Assembly: GCA_000182565.2 (NCBI GenBank)
Contig: KQ257468.1
Source of the DNA: Spizellomyces punctatus DAOM BR117
Taxonomy: Eukaryota
Strand: one strand, 5' to 3'
Length of the DNA stretch: 30,287 nt
The notes under the pieces were generated by a model, which saw only the letters and a program-made list of their open reading frames with translations, had not been told where the DNA came from and ran no database searches. Every line of letters begins with the position of its first letter. Position 1 is the first letter of the stretch. Both the position numbers and the translations under genes were made by a program. Of this stretch, positions 10,084-21,191 are shown one piece after another.

Positions 10084-13000
10084 TCAGAACTGAGTGAAAC
10101 CCTGGCTCTGGTAATCGGTCTGGCTCTTCATTCCCAGACCAAATTCTTGACTCATGTATGTATCGACTTGACTCTTGTAGTCTTCCAGATACGAATCTTG
10201 ACTCATATTAAGAGATAGACGGTCGCTTTGCGAGAAGGATGCATGGGTACCCTGCGACCCGGAGAAGTTGCTTCCCTGAGTAAAAGGCCCCTGCGAGTCT
10301 GATTGCGAGAAACTTCCATGCCTGTCGCCAAAGTGGCTGCCACCAAGAGAATGCTGAGAGGCGGACATCGCCAAGTCTTGGGAGAATGGTCCGGGAATCA
10401 TCGGAATAGAGTACTGGGATTGAGAGAACAACCGACTTGCATCCACGGCTGCTAAAGGATCATGGTACGGATTGTACCGTCCTGTACCTCTAGCTGTAAT
10501 ATATAAATATGTAAGCCTGTTGACGATTAAGAAGCAGTATCACACTCGAAGTAAGACTCACTGTCTGTGGCTTTCGGGGGACGAGCAAAATGCTGTTGCG
10601 CGTCAACCGGGAATCGGCTGTTGAGCTTGTCATCTTTGGGCTTGTTGCGGGGACGGGTGAATTGAATCATCGACCTCTTCAAATTGCTGAGAGGTCCTTC
10701 TACAAGACAGTTCTTCTCTTTGAACTGCATAAGTAGTTGGTACCACAATGGGTTCTTTGCTAATACTTTCGGATTTCCGAGAATGACAACGCCATACTTC
10801 GCACGGGTTAACGCGACGTTCAAACGGCGGGGGTCGCTCAAAAACCCGATGCCCGAATGATCATTTGAGCGGACACAAGTCAGAATGATGTAGTCCTTCT
10901 CACGACCTTGAAAGGCGTCAACGCTAGCGACCTCAATTTCCTTGTATAAATCTTTCTTCAAAGCTCCGGCGAACTGCATGTGATTTACCACATACGAGCG
11001 CTGGCCTTCATACGGAGTCACAATGCCGATTTGGGAGGGCTTAACGCCGGCTTTGAGAAAGCGAGTGACGACTTTCTCACAATTCGTGGCCTCCGTCCTA
11101 TTGAGGTAGGACGTACCCGATGAAGATAGTTCCTCCTGTCCATACGAGCAGTGGAAGCACATAGGCGTTTCTGGTACCGGCCAAGGGAAGTCAACATCCT
11201 TTCGAAGGCGCTCCTGAACAGTGACCCCATTCTGAAGTGAACCTTCGTAAAACATGTTCGATGGGAACTCGGATAAGCAAGGATGCATGCGGTATTGCAC
11301 TTGAAGCCGAATTGGCCGAATGTTGAGAAGTACTAGACGTTCAAATAAGGACTGTGAAAGCCCAGCCTTCGCAGCCTTCTTATTGAGAATGACCGGACCC
11401 AGCTGTTTGTGATCTCCAACAAGCACCGCTTGCTTCGCACCAAGTACGAGTGGAATCAGGCACTCTGGCTCAGCAGCCTGTGTCGCTTCGTCGATCAAAA
11501 CAGTGCGGAACTCATACTTTTGCAAACGAGGATCTCCAGCACCAACGCAAGTACAACACACAACGTCCGCGTTCTGCAGGATTTCACGCTCTGCGTGACG
11601 CTTCAATGACCGATATCGTTTCTCGTCTTGAGATTTCAGTTCACCGAGCTCCCTTTTCAGCTTTACATATTTCTGTAGCTCAGGGTCCGTATCATTGTTG
11701 ATCACTTGCTCGTGCAATGTTAAGAACGAGACAGGAGAGTCCAGTGCTTCTCGGCTCTTTGCGGTTACACGGACCACCTTGAGACCGGTTTGGTGGATTT
11801 TTTCGGTGAGCTGATCGACAGCTACGTTACTTGGTGCGCAAACGAGCACTTGCCCTGGATTCATCCTCGCCAGATGATACACTATTGTCGCGGAAGTTAC
11901 GGTTTTCCCAGTTCCGGGTGGACCTACAGGAAGCATCTCTGTAAATAATCTGAAATACATTATCATACGTACATTGCCGTTGCCTACCTTGAATTAGACT
12001 AAGCGGTTTCTGTAGAACACTCTTCACAGCAAAGACTTGTGAATGATTGAGGTCGGGAAGATTCGGAGCAGTAAACCTCTTTGGCATATTTGCTTTCAAC
12101 ATTTGTGGTTCGACGTCATGGCCCAACAGACGATGATAGATATAACCACTAACGGAGTGCTCGTCAACCGCAAATGTCTTCATGGCCGCTTGCATCCTAA
12201 AGACGAAGTTTCATGATAAGTGCACGAAATTAATCATAACAAATCGATGCTATCGTATGAGATCGCGTTGATCGCTTTAAATGGATACCCACCTATCAAA
12301 AGAAGTCGATTTCCACACGAAATCCACCGTGAAGTTATGGGTGCAATTTAGCGGGGTCTTCTCGTCCTTCTTCAATTCCAACACCACCTCGTCCGAGAGA
12401 TCTACCGGAATATATCAGATCGGCCAGACAAGAGAGCAAGACTTTCGTCATGGTACTTACTGTTTGGAATCTTGATAACATGGCCTATGCCCTCCCATGG
12501 CCCTTTCATCAGTTCTCCCGAGTAGCGTAACAGAAGCTCATCGCCAACCGCTAAGCGAATGTCCCCTTGCTCCAACTTCGGCAAGATGAAACACGCAAGG
12601 CGTTTCTTGTTCAGACCCTGGTCCCATCGAATCACGACTTCATCTTGCGTCTGAGACTCTTTCAGCCTCTTATCATAATCCGCTTCCATCTTCATCAACG
12701 GGCCAAATATGTTCTGGTATTGATAAGCATCGTCGTACCGCAAGCGCACTGGTTCCGGTTCATCGTCAATTCCAGGCTTGTTCAAATCATCAAAGGTAGC
12801 ATTCGCATCGTCCGTCCATCTATCCTCCAATGACGCAATCTGTGAAGGCGTGACGTGCCTGGCACGCAGTTGCTCATGTTCTGATGGGATCTTCACCAGC
12901 CAAGATAAGAAACTCCTATCTTCAATCAACGGCAACCACTGGGAAAGATCCCAGCTGGCGTCCTTTTGACCTAAAGGATTTGAGCAGGCCCTGCCGAGCA

Positions 13001-13806
13001 CATATCAGTTCGAGGTACAATTGTCCTATACAGTCAACTTGATATCATACCTGCAAAGCAATACCACAACCGTGTCAGATTTTGCGGGAATAAATCCCAA
13101 GTTAAATACATTCCGGGCGCCGCAGTTATAACATTCCAGAATCGTCTCCCCTAAAGGTGACTCCGGATGCAAGCGGACATCCTTATGCCTAGCCCGCACC
13201 AGATGTTGAATGATGTGAGAACCTCTTGTCGAAGCGAGGCGTGCATTGCAAAACCACTTGTTACAGGCGAGACATTCTACAACTGAGCAAGGATTATGGA
13301 TGCCGCAGTATCTGGTGAAAAAAAAAAAACGGTGTAGATGATCAGCAACTGTTCTTTCCACCAGCCCCAGAATCCGCTTCGACCATGTTCTCCGTCTGAA
13401 ACACTCACTTGCAAGCATGTGCCGGCAAGTCTCGCGGCTGATCATCAAATCCGTCTTCTGCTCCATCGATGTCATATCTCGACGGCAGATCTTCAACAAA
13501 GCCCAACTCTCCATATTCGAGGGAGTTCTTCCGCACTTTACTGCCCAATGACGACAAGCCCGGTTGCGTCAATTGAGTGGATTGCGAGTTTAGGGTCAAA
13601 GATGCCAGCGACAAATCGTCGGCTACATCTTTGCTAGACTGAGTCTGAGAAGGGACGGTGAAGTTTTCATAGTCGTACTGGGAGCCCTGAGTATCTTGGA
13701 ACTGGAAACCAAGGTCGATAGTTAAATTACCGCAAGAAGCACAGCAAGGGAAAAAAGTCTTATGGCATACCTCCAGAAACCCAAAGTCCTGATCCAGCGT
13801 TGACAT
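10084..13806 (-). CDS. UPF1: Regulator of nonsense transcripts 1, SF1 RNA helicase (UPF1/NAM7)
   Basis: Exons 13806-13771, 13701-13409, 13311-13051, 12990-12461, 12401-12293, 12196-11988, 11923-10562, 10493-10084. CH zinc domain HACKYCGIH...[51 protein letters not shown]-rich tail. Confidence 0.98.
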
Positions 13807-14022
13807 GATGCTCGCTGCTCTGGTTGCAACGAGGATTCTCACAGCTGCAGGTTACGACAAGGACGTCTCGCGAAGAGTCACATCGCCACACAACTGCACT
13901 GGTTCCAACCGCATCGTCGATTGGCGTGTTGCTATGAGCGGTATCTAAGGCCGATGCACCAGCTTAATCGAGGTGTGTTGCTTTCCTGAAACTCCTAGGC
14001 TGTCGATTGTAGATGTCTCCTG

Positions 14023-14646
14023 ATGCCGGACCTAGAGGGGGAGGTGGTAATTCGACTTGGTCAACGCTTGCTTCGGCTGCTTGATGCTTGGAGCGGACAC
14101 CAGGATCGCTCTTGCGCTTTCTTCGACTCCGCCCTAAACCTTGCTTCTCAACGAGAAGACACACTGCCCTTTCTGCTCCCACAGGAAACTGAGATAGATG
14201 GGTGGATCAACCCAATCACAACGCCAGCTATTGTATTAGAGTTTCCAGATATTGCGTCGAGACTCTTAGGAAAGCAGACTCGGGCGTTGGAGCGTGCGCT
14301 TCACAAACTGCACGGGGAACTGCGCGATTTTCAGCGGATTGCACACGAATTGGATGGTTTAAATCGGGATGCGTTGCGTGAAGTAGGTATTGCAGAACTG
14401 CGGGAAAAGACGGAAGACTCCACCCCAACACAGGTTTCGTTGACGGAGATGGCGGCATGGATAGACCAGCTATGTCTTTCCTATAATAGAGAATGCGCCA
14501 GAAAGGTTGAAGTCCTGAAATCAATGGATTTGAGAGCTGACAGTGGAGACGCAAGAGCGCGATGGGGACTGTATTACTGGATAGATCTAGAGAAGGAAAC
14601 CGAGGTCCGCGATAGGTTGAGATTGATGAAAACAATCGGCTCATGA
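14023..14646 (+). CDS. C1orf109/AIRIM-like protein (AFG2/SPATA5 cofactor family), intronless, 207 aa
   Basis: FPDIASRLLGKQ and SLTEMAAWIDQLCLSYNRECARKVEVL match recalled human C1orf109 segments FPDLKERLRRKQ and SVADMLEWLQDIERHYRKSYLKRKYLL, with similar length and spacing. Confidence 0.72.
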   Translation: MPDLEGEVVIRLGQRLLRLLDAWSGHQDRSCAFFDSALNLASQREDTLPFLLPQETEIDGWINPITTPAIVLEFPDIASRLLGKQTRALERALHKLHGELRDFQRIAHELDGLNRDALREVGIAELREKTEDSTPTQVSLTEMAAWIDQLCLSYNRECARKVEVLKSMDLRADSGDARARWGLYYWIDLEKETEVRDRLRLMKTIGS

Positions 14647-14703
14647 CATCCTGCCAGCCTGATGAACTTGTGAACGATCGGGATTTTCATTGAACGAACC
14701 TTG

Positions 14704-14722
14704 TATATATATATATATATAT
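14704..14722. repeat. (TA)n microsatellite between convergent 3' ends
   Basis: tatatatatatatatatat is directly visible. It may double as a TA-rich 3'-end efficiency element. Confidence 0.9.
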
Positions 14723-14811
14723 CAATTCCGTCTATAGCATGAATTAGCACCATTCAGCCGTACACCGCAACCCGGCGAATGATGATATGTACAATAGATA
14801 ATGCTTCCTAA

Positions 14812-17808
14812 TTACACGTGTCCATCCGTTGGCACCCTTCCGGAACGAACGGTATCTTCAGCATCAGGGCCGAAACCAGGACTCTCCACTTCGCTGTCCG
14901 TTGTTAACTCCACAGAATTCCGTTCATCAAAAAGTGTCGCTAACCCAAGCGGAATTTTACCGCTACGCGCACGAAAACGTTTTGCAAATCCGGTATGCGA
15001 CCCAGCATTGTCACTACCTGTAACAAAGATGTCTTCCTCCACCTCACTTTGAGGTTCTCCCCTAATAATAACCCCACTTCTCCGCTCAAGCTCAGCGTCC
15101 TCCATGTATGAAGCAAAATAGCTACTGGCGGCGAAAGACCCTTTTTTATTTGGTACCGTCCACTCCTGCGCGTGTTGCTGACTACTGGCGCCCTGCCCAT
15201 TTCCAGGAATCACAATGTCTCTGGGTGCCATGCTTTCTGGTTGATTTGGGTCCTGCGGCATTCGTCGACGATCGGTACTCTTCAGGTATTCTGTAGCATC
15301 GCGGACTTTCCGAAAAAAGTGACTTGGCCCGACAAGATCATACAGGCCGGACCGCAGGAAAGCATGCTTGCATGATTCCCGAAGTTTAACAAAGCACACT
15401 TCCATATTCCGGTGTTTGTAGTCTTCAACGATTTCCAATAGGGTCAACGTTGCACTGTAGGTGAAAAGACAAATGTCAGATATACCTTTTCATTCCACCA
15501 TCTACCATCGGACGTACCTGGCATCAATAGCAGTGACTGCGCCGAAATCAAAGACCACCGCACGAATATGATCATCCGCTGGGGAATGGCCCTCTTCCAT
15601 GGCTTGCTCCTCAGGTCGACTCTGCGATCGCCGTCGAGTCGCTGGTATTCTCCGTGGCTCCTCGCCAGGGTGTACACCTAGATCGCCGTACATTTCTATG
15701 CGTTTGAGGCGATCTTTCAATTGGCCTGAGTTTCCAAAGAACAGCCCTTCCTCTACACGAACTACCAAAGCATCTTCGATTCGTTGAACCTTATCTGAGT
15801 CATGAATGCTTCGATACTTTGTCTTCACATTGCCAGTACGAGGATCCACAACGAGGATATGTCCCAAGATAGCCAAACGGGTCTAATCCAAAGAGGGATG
15901 ATCAGATACAGTACGCATAAGACGACAATCCAACCGCACGCATAAGACGACAATGCAACCAACCTTTGTCGTATGCTTTATCACCAAGAGGAGCGAAATA
16001 CCGACCGATAGTAACGTTCCCGATTCAATTGAGAGGAGGATCGTGGTTAAAAATGTTATCATCATCAAACCCACGTCCTTCCATGCTCGAAGGCGTAACA
16101 TAAAGTGGACATCTTCCAGTTCTACCAGTTTCAGCGCGGCGACAACGATGATGGAGGAGCACACCGCTTTTGGCAAAAACTGAAAGAACGGAAGCAGCCA
16201 AATAGTGGTACAAAGCACGACGATACCGGTAAAAAACCCGGCCATTTGTGTCTTCGCTCCAGCCGTGTCGTTTACAGCAGAACGCCCCAGAGACCCAAAT
16301 GCTGGATACGCCCCCAATATACTTCCAACTATGTTAGAAACCCCGATCGCCACCAGCTCCCGATTTGGAGACACGCTGTAATTGTGTTTGGTCGCATATG
16401 TCTTTGCGACGACGATCGATTCCACAAAACCGATCACCGAGATCAGAATTGCGGAGAGCATCAGGGCTCGTATTCGTGACAGTGTCATGGTTGGCAGTTT
16501 TGGATAGCGATACTCCGCTGAGTCAGATCCCTTCACATTCAAGATAGCCACTCCCTGACAATCCCATCGGAAGACCTGACACAATATCGTTGTGACGACC
16601 ACAAGGACTAAAATTTCGGGAATCACTTGAAGCCACCGCTTTTTGCCGAACTTTGCTTTCAGCACCTTCATACCGATAAGGAACGATATACTAGATGCGG
16701 AGAGTATTGTTGTCAATGGGTGAGCTTGGCCCAACTTCGACAAAGTGTCGAAGAGTTTCTGAATTGGCGATTCGCCATCAGGAGCTGGATCGACAGGTTT
16801 CGATGGACCATGACCACATTGATTTGAAGGTGGACTGATGCCCAGCAATGTGTCCGCCATGTCAATCATCACCACCATGGCGACAGCTAAAACAAATCCG
16901 CGCAGTAAGGCGCGGGATAGAACCGAGTCCAGGAAGCCCAGTCTGAAGAAACCGAGGAGAAAAGTGAGGATGCCGACCATGAGGCAAAGTACGAGAGCGA
17001 TCTCGACTGCTTCCTGTTGCGGATCTGCGGCCCCAAGTGACGGTATACTGCCATGGCGGGGTTCTTTGGACGCACTATATTCTTTTATGGTTGCTCCTAC
17101 TAGAATAGATATCAAGGCTTCAGGACCAAGGCTCAGTTGTCTAGATGTCCATGTCAGTGATCCTGTGGAGAATGTCAATTATAACCGATGCAGAATACCT
17201 CGACGTTCCAAGAAACCCATAAACAAGCAGAGGTATCGATGCAGTAAATAAACCGTGTATAGGAGGTATCTTCACTAAGGCCTGCGCATATGATAGACCT
17301 TGTGGAACCTGGAATGAATGTGCGTCATATACTTTGCGTCAATGATACGGTACAGTTGCGCAGGCTTACCAGCAAGAACGCAACAGTAATCCCAGCAATG
17401 AGGTCAGACTGCAAGTTTCTTCGGAAATTATATTTGGGAAGCCATCCAATCACCGGAACGTAATATCGGAGACGAGTTTGAAAGGCCTTGTAGTAGGCAG
17501 AGTACGAGTCTGCAAGGAAAATGGTCAGTCCATGATCTGAAGTACGCCGAGAGATCAAAAGTACAGGTTGAAGGGGTCAACCACACTCCGGTCTCTGGAG
17601 AGCTAAACTGACCTTTGCAGCCGTCTCTTCTCCTTAGTTCAACGGGACTTCCAAACAGCTTGTCATTGTCTGTAGATTCGAACCCATCCACAGACGTATC
17701 CAATAGTGGAGTAGATTCACTTACGGGACCGATATTATCATTGTTCAAGCCCTGGTCCTGTTCTGCACTCGCAAACGGTGACAGCGAGTTCTTATGGAAA
17801 GCGGGCAT
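14812..17808 (-). CDS. SulP/SLC26 anion (sulfate) transporter with STAS domain
   Basis: Exons 17808-17613, 17509-17370, 17308-17199, 17140-15964, 15882-15518, 15454-14812. Motifs: YVPVIGWLPKY, DLIAGITVAFLLVPQGLSYA, FLGTSRQLSLGPEA, NRELVAIG, GSLGRSAVN; STAS LFFGNSGQLK and FDFGAVTAIDASA. The start codon is less certain. Confidence 0.93.
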
Positions 17809-17990
17809 CTCGGGCGGCTGGAGGGGGGCAGCTCTATTCCCACGTCAAGCAGCTGCAGAACAGCGCAGGTCTTATCGACGTATCGAACATTCAGGTAAGG
17901 CTTAGTTGCGTGTTTGCAATGCATTCCAGTGTAAGGCTATCGTCTCAGAACACTGAACGTTGGGAACTTTTTGGACTTGTAAACAGCAGT

Positions 17991-19719
17991 ATGAATACGA
18001 TGGACAGGTAATGAAAACCAGAATTGGCATCTTCTTTGTAATGTCTATTGCGTCCTATTGCGCTTACAGAGTGGATCGGGATCTAAGAGAACAATATTTG
18101 CCTTCTACTGTAGCGTTGAGCTTGAAGTGCTTCCCGAAGCCCTTCGTGCCGAGGTCACAAGCCTTGCTACCTCCTATCCACCTGCCATTCCTGTATTAAA
18201 ACATCTGGTGCACCTTTTATTCCTGAACTCCCCCTCTCCGGCGCCTTCTTCTGAGCAACCGGCAAAAAAGCGGAAGCTTGATGCCCTTGAACCTGCGTCA
18301 GACGATCTACATCTCCATACCATACATGATCTCTCCTTCATCTCTCCGGCGCGAAAGAAATTCTCCCTTCGAATCCATAAAAACACTTTCCATCTCATTT
18401 CCCCAAAGGACTTGGGTCAAACTGAGGCATCTTACTTGTGGAAGGACATAATTTATGCCTTCTGCGTGCCAACACCAAATAGAGCGAAACCTCATTGGAC
18501 GATCTGTCTAATGCCAGCTGGAGAGAAAGACGCTATCATATTCGGGTTTGACGATAAAAGCTCCAACATGAAGATAACAGATGGTGCGACGGGAGAGGTG
18601 ACAGTTCTGGATAAAAAGGAGAGTTGCAAGGCCCATATTTTGCAATTGCTGCAGAAGGGAACGAAACGCGAATTGGTGGAGCCAAGCGCACGGATCTTTC
18701 AAGCCAGATCACGAAAAGGCGAACTTCATATTGACTGCTATCTCAAAGCCAGAGAAGGGTGAGTCGAAGGTAAATTTGTGGGTAGCATCTCCATGTCCAT
18801 GCTTACGCTCCACGGCTCTGACCAGCCAATTGTTTTTTCTTCGCACTGGTATTCTCTTTGGTCTGAGAAAGCCGTTGCTGTTTTTCCCGTTTTCAGACAT
18901 TGCGGGCTTGGACATAGTCTCGCCCACTGGCCGAAATTTTGGTCTTTTCCTGCAACGGACACCGGCAGAAGATGATTCAGAGACTAGAAGCAGCCCAAGT
19001 TCTGAAAATTATGAGTTTGCGATGATCGATTCGGCAGAGGCCGAGAGCGTGTTACTATATATCGAGACGTATAAAAACCGATTTGGCGAAGGTAGTCAGA
19101 CGCGGAACGGCGCCAATGAAGAAAGTAAGCCCGGTTCGGAGGACTCTCAGCCAGAGGAGGCGATCGACGAGTTGGAGGAGGAAGAAGACGAAGATTTCAT
19201 GCCGTCCGATGAAGATGAAGTAAGTCGACCTTGCTGATTTGGATGTCATACCTTCTCATGGTTCGAACTATCTTTTGTTAACAGGTCGCAGAGGAATATG
19301 ACAGCGACCACAACACCGATGGTGAAGCATCATCGTTCGCAGGTTCAGGGGACGAAGAAGAAGAAGAGTGGGAAGATGGCTCTGATGAGAATGAAAAGAC
19401 CATAATTCCAAGAAATACCTTGTTGTCCAAGCCTGGTGCGGTGCCAAGATTATCTCATAATGCGATAGATGCAGTTGTGGGGGCTGTGGAAGAAGCATTT
19501 GGCATTAAGCAGGAGGCGGACGATGACGATCAATTTGACGATGACAATAAGGATGGCGATGACGACGATAAGGAAGCAGACGAGAGTCAAGGGGACGAAA
19601 GCGAGAACGACAGCCCTGCGGGTCCGCGAGGGATGGCGGCCTTGGCGGCCCAAATTGAGAGAGAGCGGGCTGAGAGAATAGGATTGCCACATGGAAAACT
19701 ACCTCTAAAACGAGAATAG
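17991..19719 (+). CDS. RTT106: Histone chaperone Rtt106-like (double PH domain, acidic tail)
   Basis: Exons 17991-18007, 18114-18758, 18826-19219, 19285-19719 (start at 17991 or 18000). Motifs: IHDLSFISPARKKFSL, YLKAREGQLFFLRTGILFGLRKPLLFFP, YEFAMID, then D/E-rich EDEDF...EEYDSD. Confidence 0.85.
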
Positions 19720-19980
19720 CATTGAAACGCTTTGCAGTGGTGCGAAGAATAGCGGCCTTGGCCGCCCAGTCTGCGCGAGTGAGTTCAGAGAATAGGATTT
19801 TCACCATCTGTCAAGTGAGAATGGCCGACAGCCCATATTGCCATGGTGCGAAAGCGCGAATTATATTTCTAATATAAACAAAAGCCGACACGAGACAAGC
19901 ACACCTGCCGTCCATGCCATCAAGTCTAAACAAGTGTGTACACAGCAAACAGTAACATATCAAAACTGAAGTAAAAGTGA

Positions 19981-20857
19981 CTACACGGGTGTCTAGCAGC
20001 TCAAAAATGTCGTCAGCAAGCCTTTCCAAGTATGACAATGCACGCGACAGATGCTTGGGACTTACATCAGGCAATCGTTCGATTGCATACTTTCTCGATG
20101 CAATATACATGATTGGGATTCCTGGTATCTTTCGAATTCGCCTCTTCAGTTCTCTATCACACGTGGCGACGATGTAGCACTTGTGCTGCATCACACGGTT
20201 GACAATGCAGTCATCAGCATAAACACCTTTATGCGTGCATGGTAGTCGTTCAAACCGCGGATCCCGGGCGATCTTGAGGGCAATGCGATATTTGACACCG
20301 AGCTTTTCTAATTCAGCCATAACGCAGTCTGTTATGCAAGGGATGCATTTTGCATATAGGCAGTCCATCATGGCCTTAACGAGCTCGAGTTTGTTTTGGA
20401 TGGAGAAATTGATAAAATTTGTATCGACCAACACATGGTATGGTGGGCCGAGTGCTTCGTTGTATTTGAAGAAGAGGGACGAGGCCACTTGAGGACTATG
20501 AATGAAAAAGGGGTCTGTCTTACACAATAGAGTCCAAGGGAAGCAAGGACAGCCGCGTCCTCACTTACATGTGTCTGACGAGTTCCTGTTCTTTCTCTTT
20601 TTCCTTCTTCTCCGCCTTTTCCTTGTTTGCCTTACTAGAAGCGTCAAATAGGAGAATGAAAGTGTGAGCCACGCCATGCCGTTCTCTGCAAAATCCGCCG
20701 AGAATTGCTCCACCTACAGCCTCTGATCCTTCAAAGAGAGCGTTCGTTTGACCTCTGCAAACTTTCTAGTCTTTTTTGCTTTACCCTACATGGCCTCAAA
20801 AGTCAGCATTCTCATCTTCATATACGTGTTGTTGCTGCCGAGCCATGCCCTTACCAT
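19981..20857 (-). CDS. FCF1: rRNA-processing PIN-domain nuclease Fcf1/Utp24
   Basis: Exons 20857-20855 (ATG only), 20785-20718, 20634-20569, 20495-20066, 19992-19981. [11 protein letters not shown]...[17 protein letters not shown]...[11 protein letters not shown]...[17 protein letters not shown]...ERLPDTPV*. Confidence 0.96.
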
Positions 20858-21191
20858 GTTTTTTTGAAATCAGAGCCAGTTGCGAGATGCCAAAAGAACT
20901 CGAAACTGCAAACGGAACTTGAAGTTTGCAAATCCAAGCCACGCATGTGCCACTCATAACATGACTGTGCCTTCGTAATTTTAGTCTACTTGAACAGATG
21001 GCCCATCGCCCTTCACTTGCCCCACAGCAACCTTTGCTCCGTTTTTCTCATCGCAAGGATTTGCTTTTGCACTTTCAGCTTTCTTGTTCGGGCATCCGCA
21101 TAGGTCTTTTACAGCTCTTCGCCTGCACGGACACAGATTTTAATACGCACGCAACACCAGTTGCAGTTTGATCACGCGACACAATATAACA

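Noticed and set aside
19811..20065. Hydrophobic C-terminal extension of FCF1 in the ORF track
   Set aside because: It is read-through of intron 20065-19993. The spliced end is LPDTPV*.
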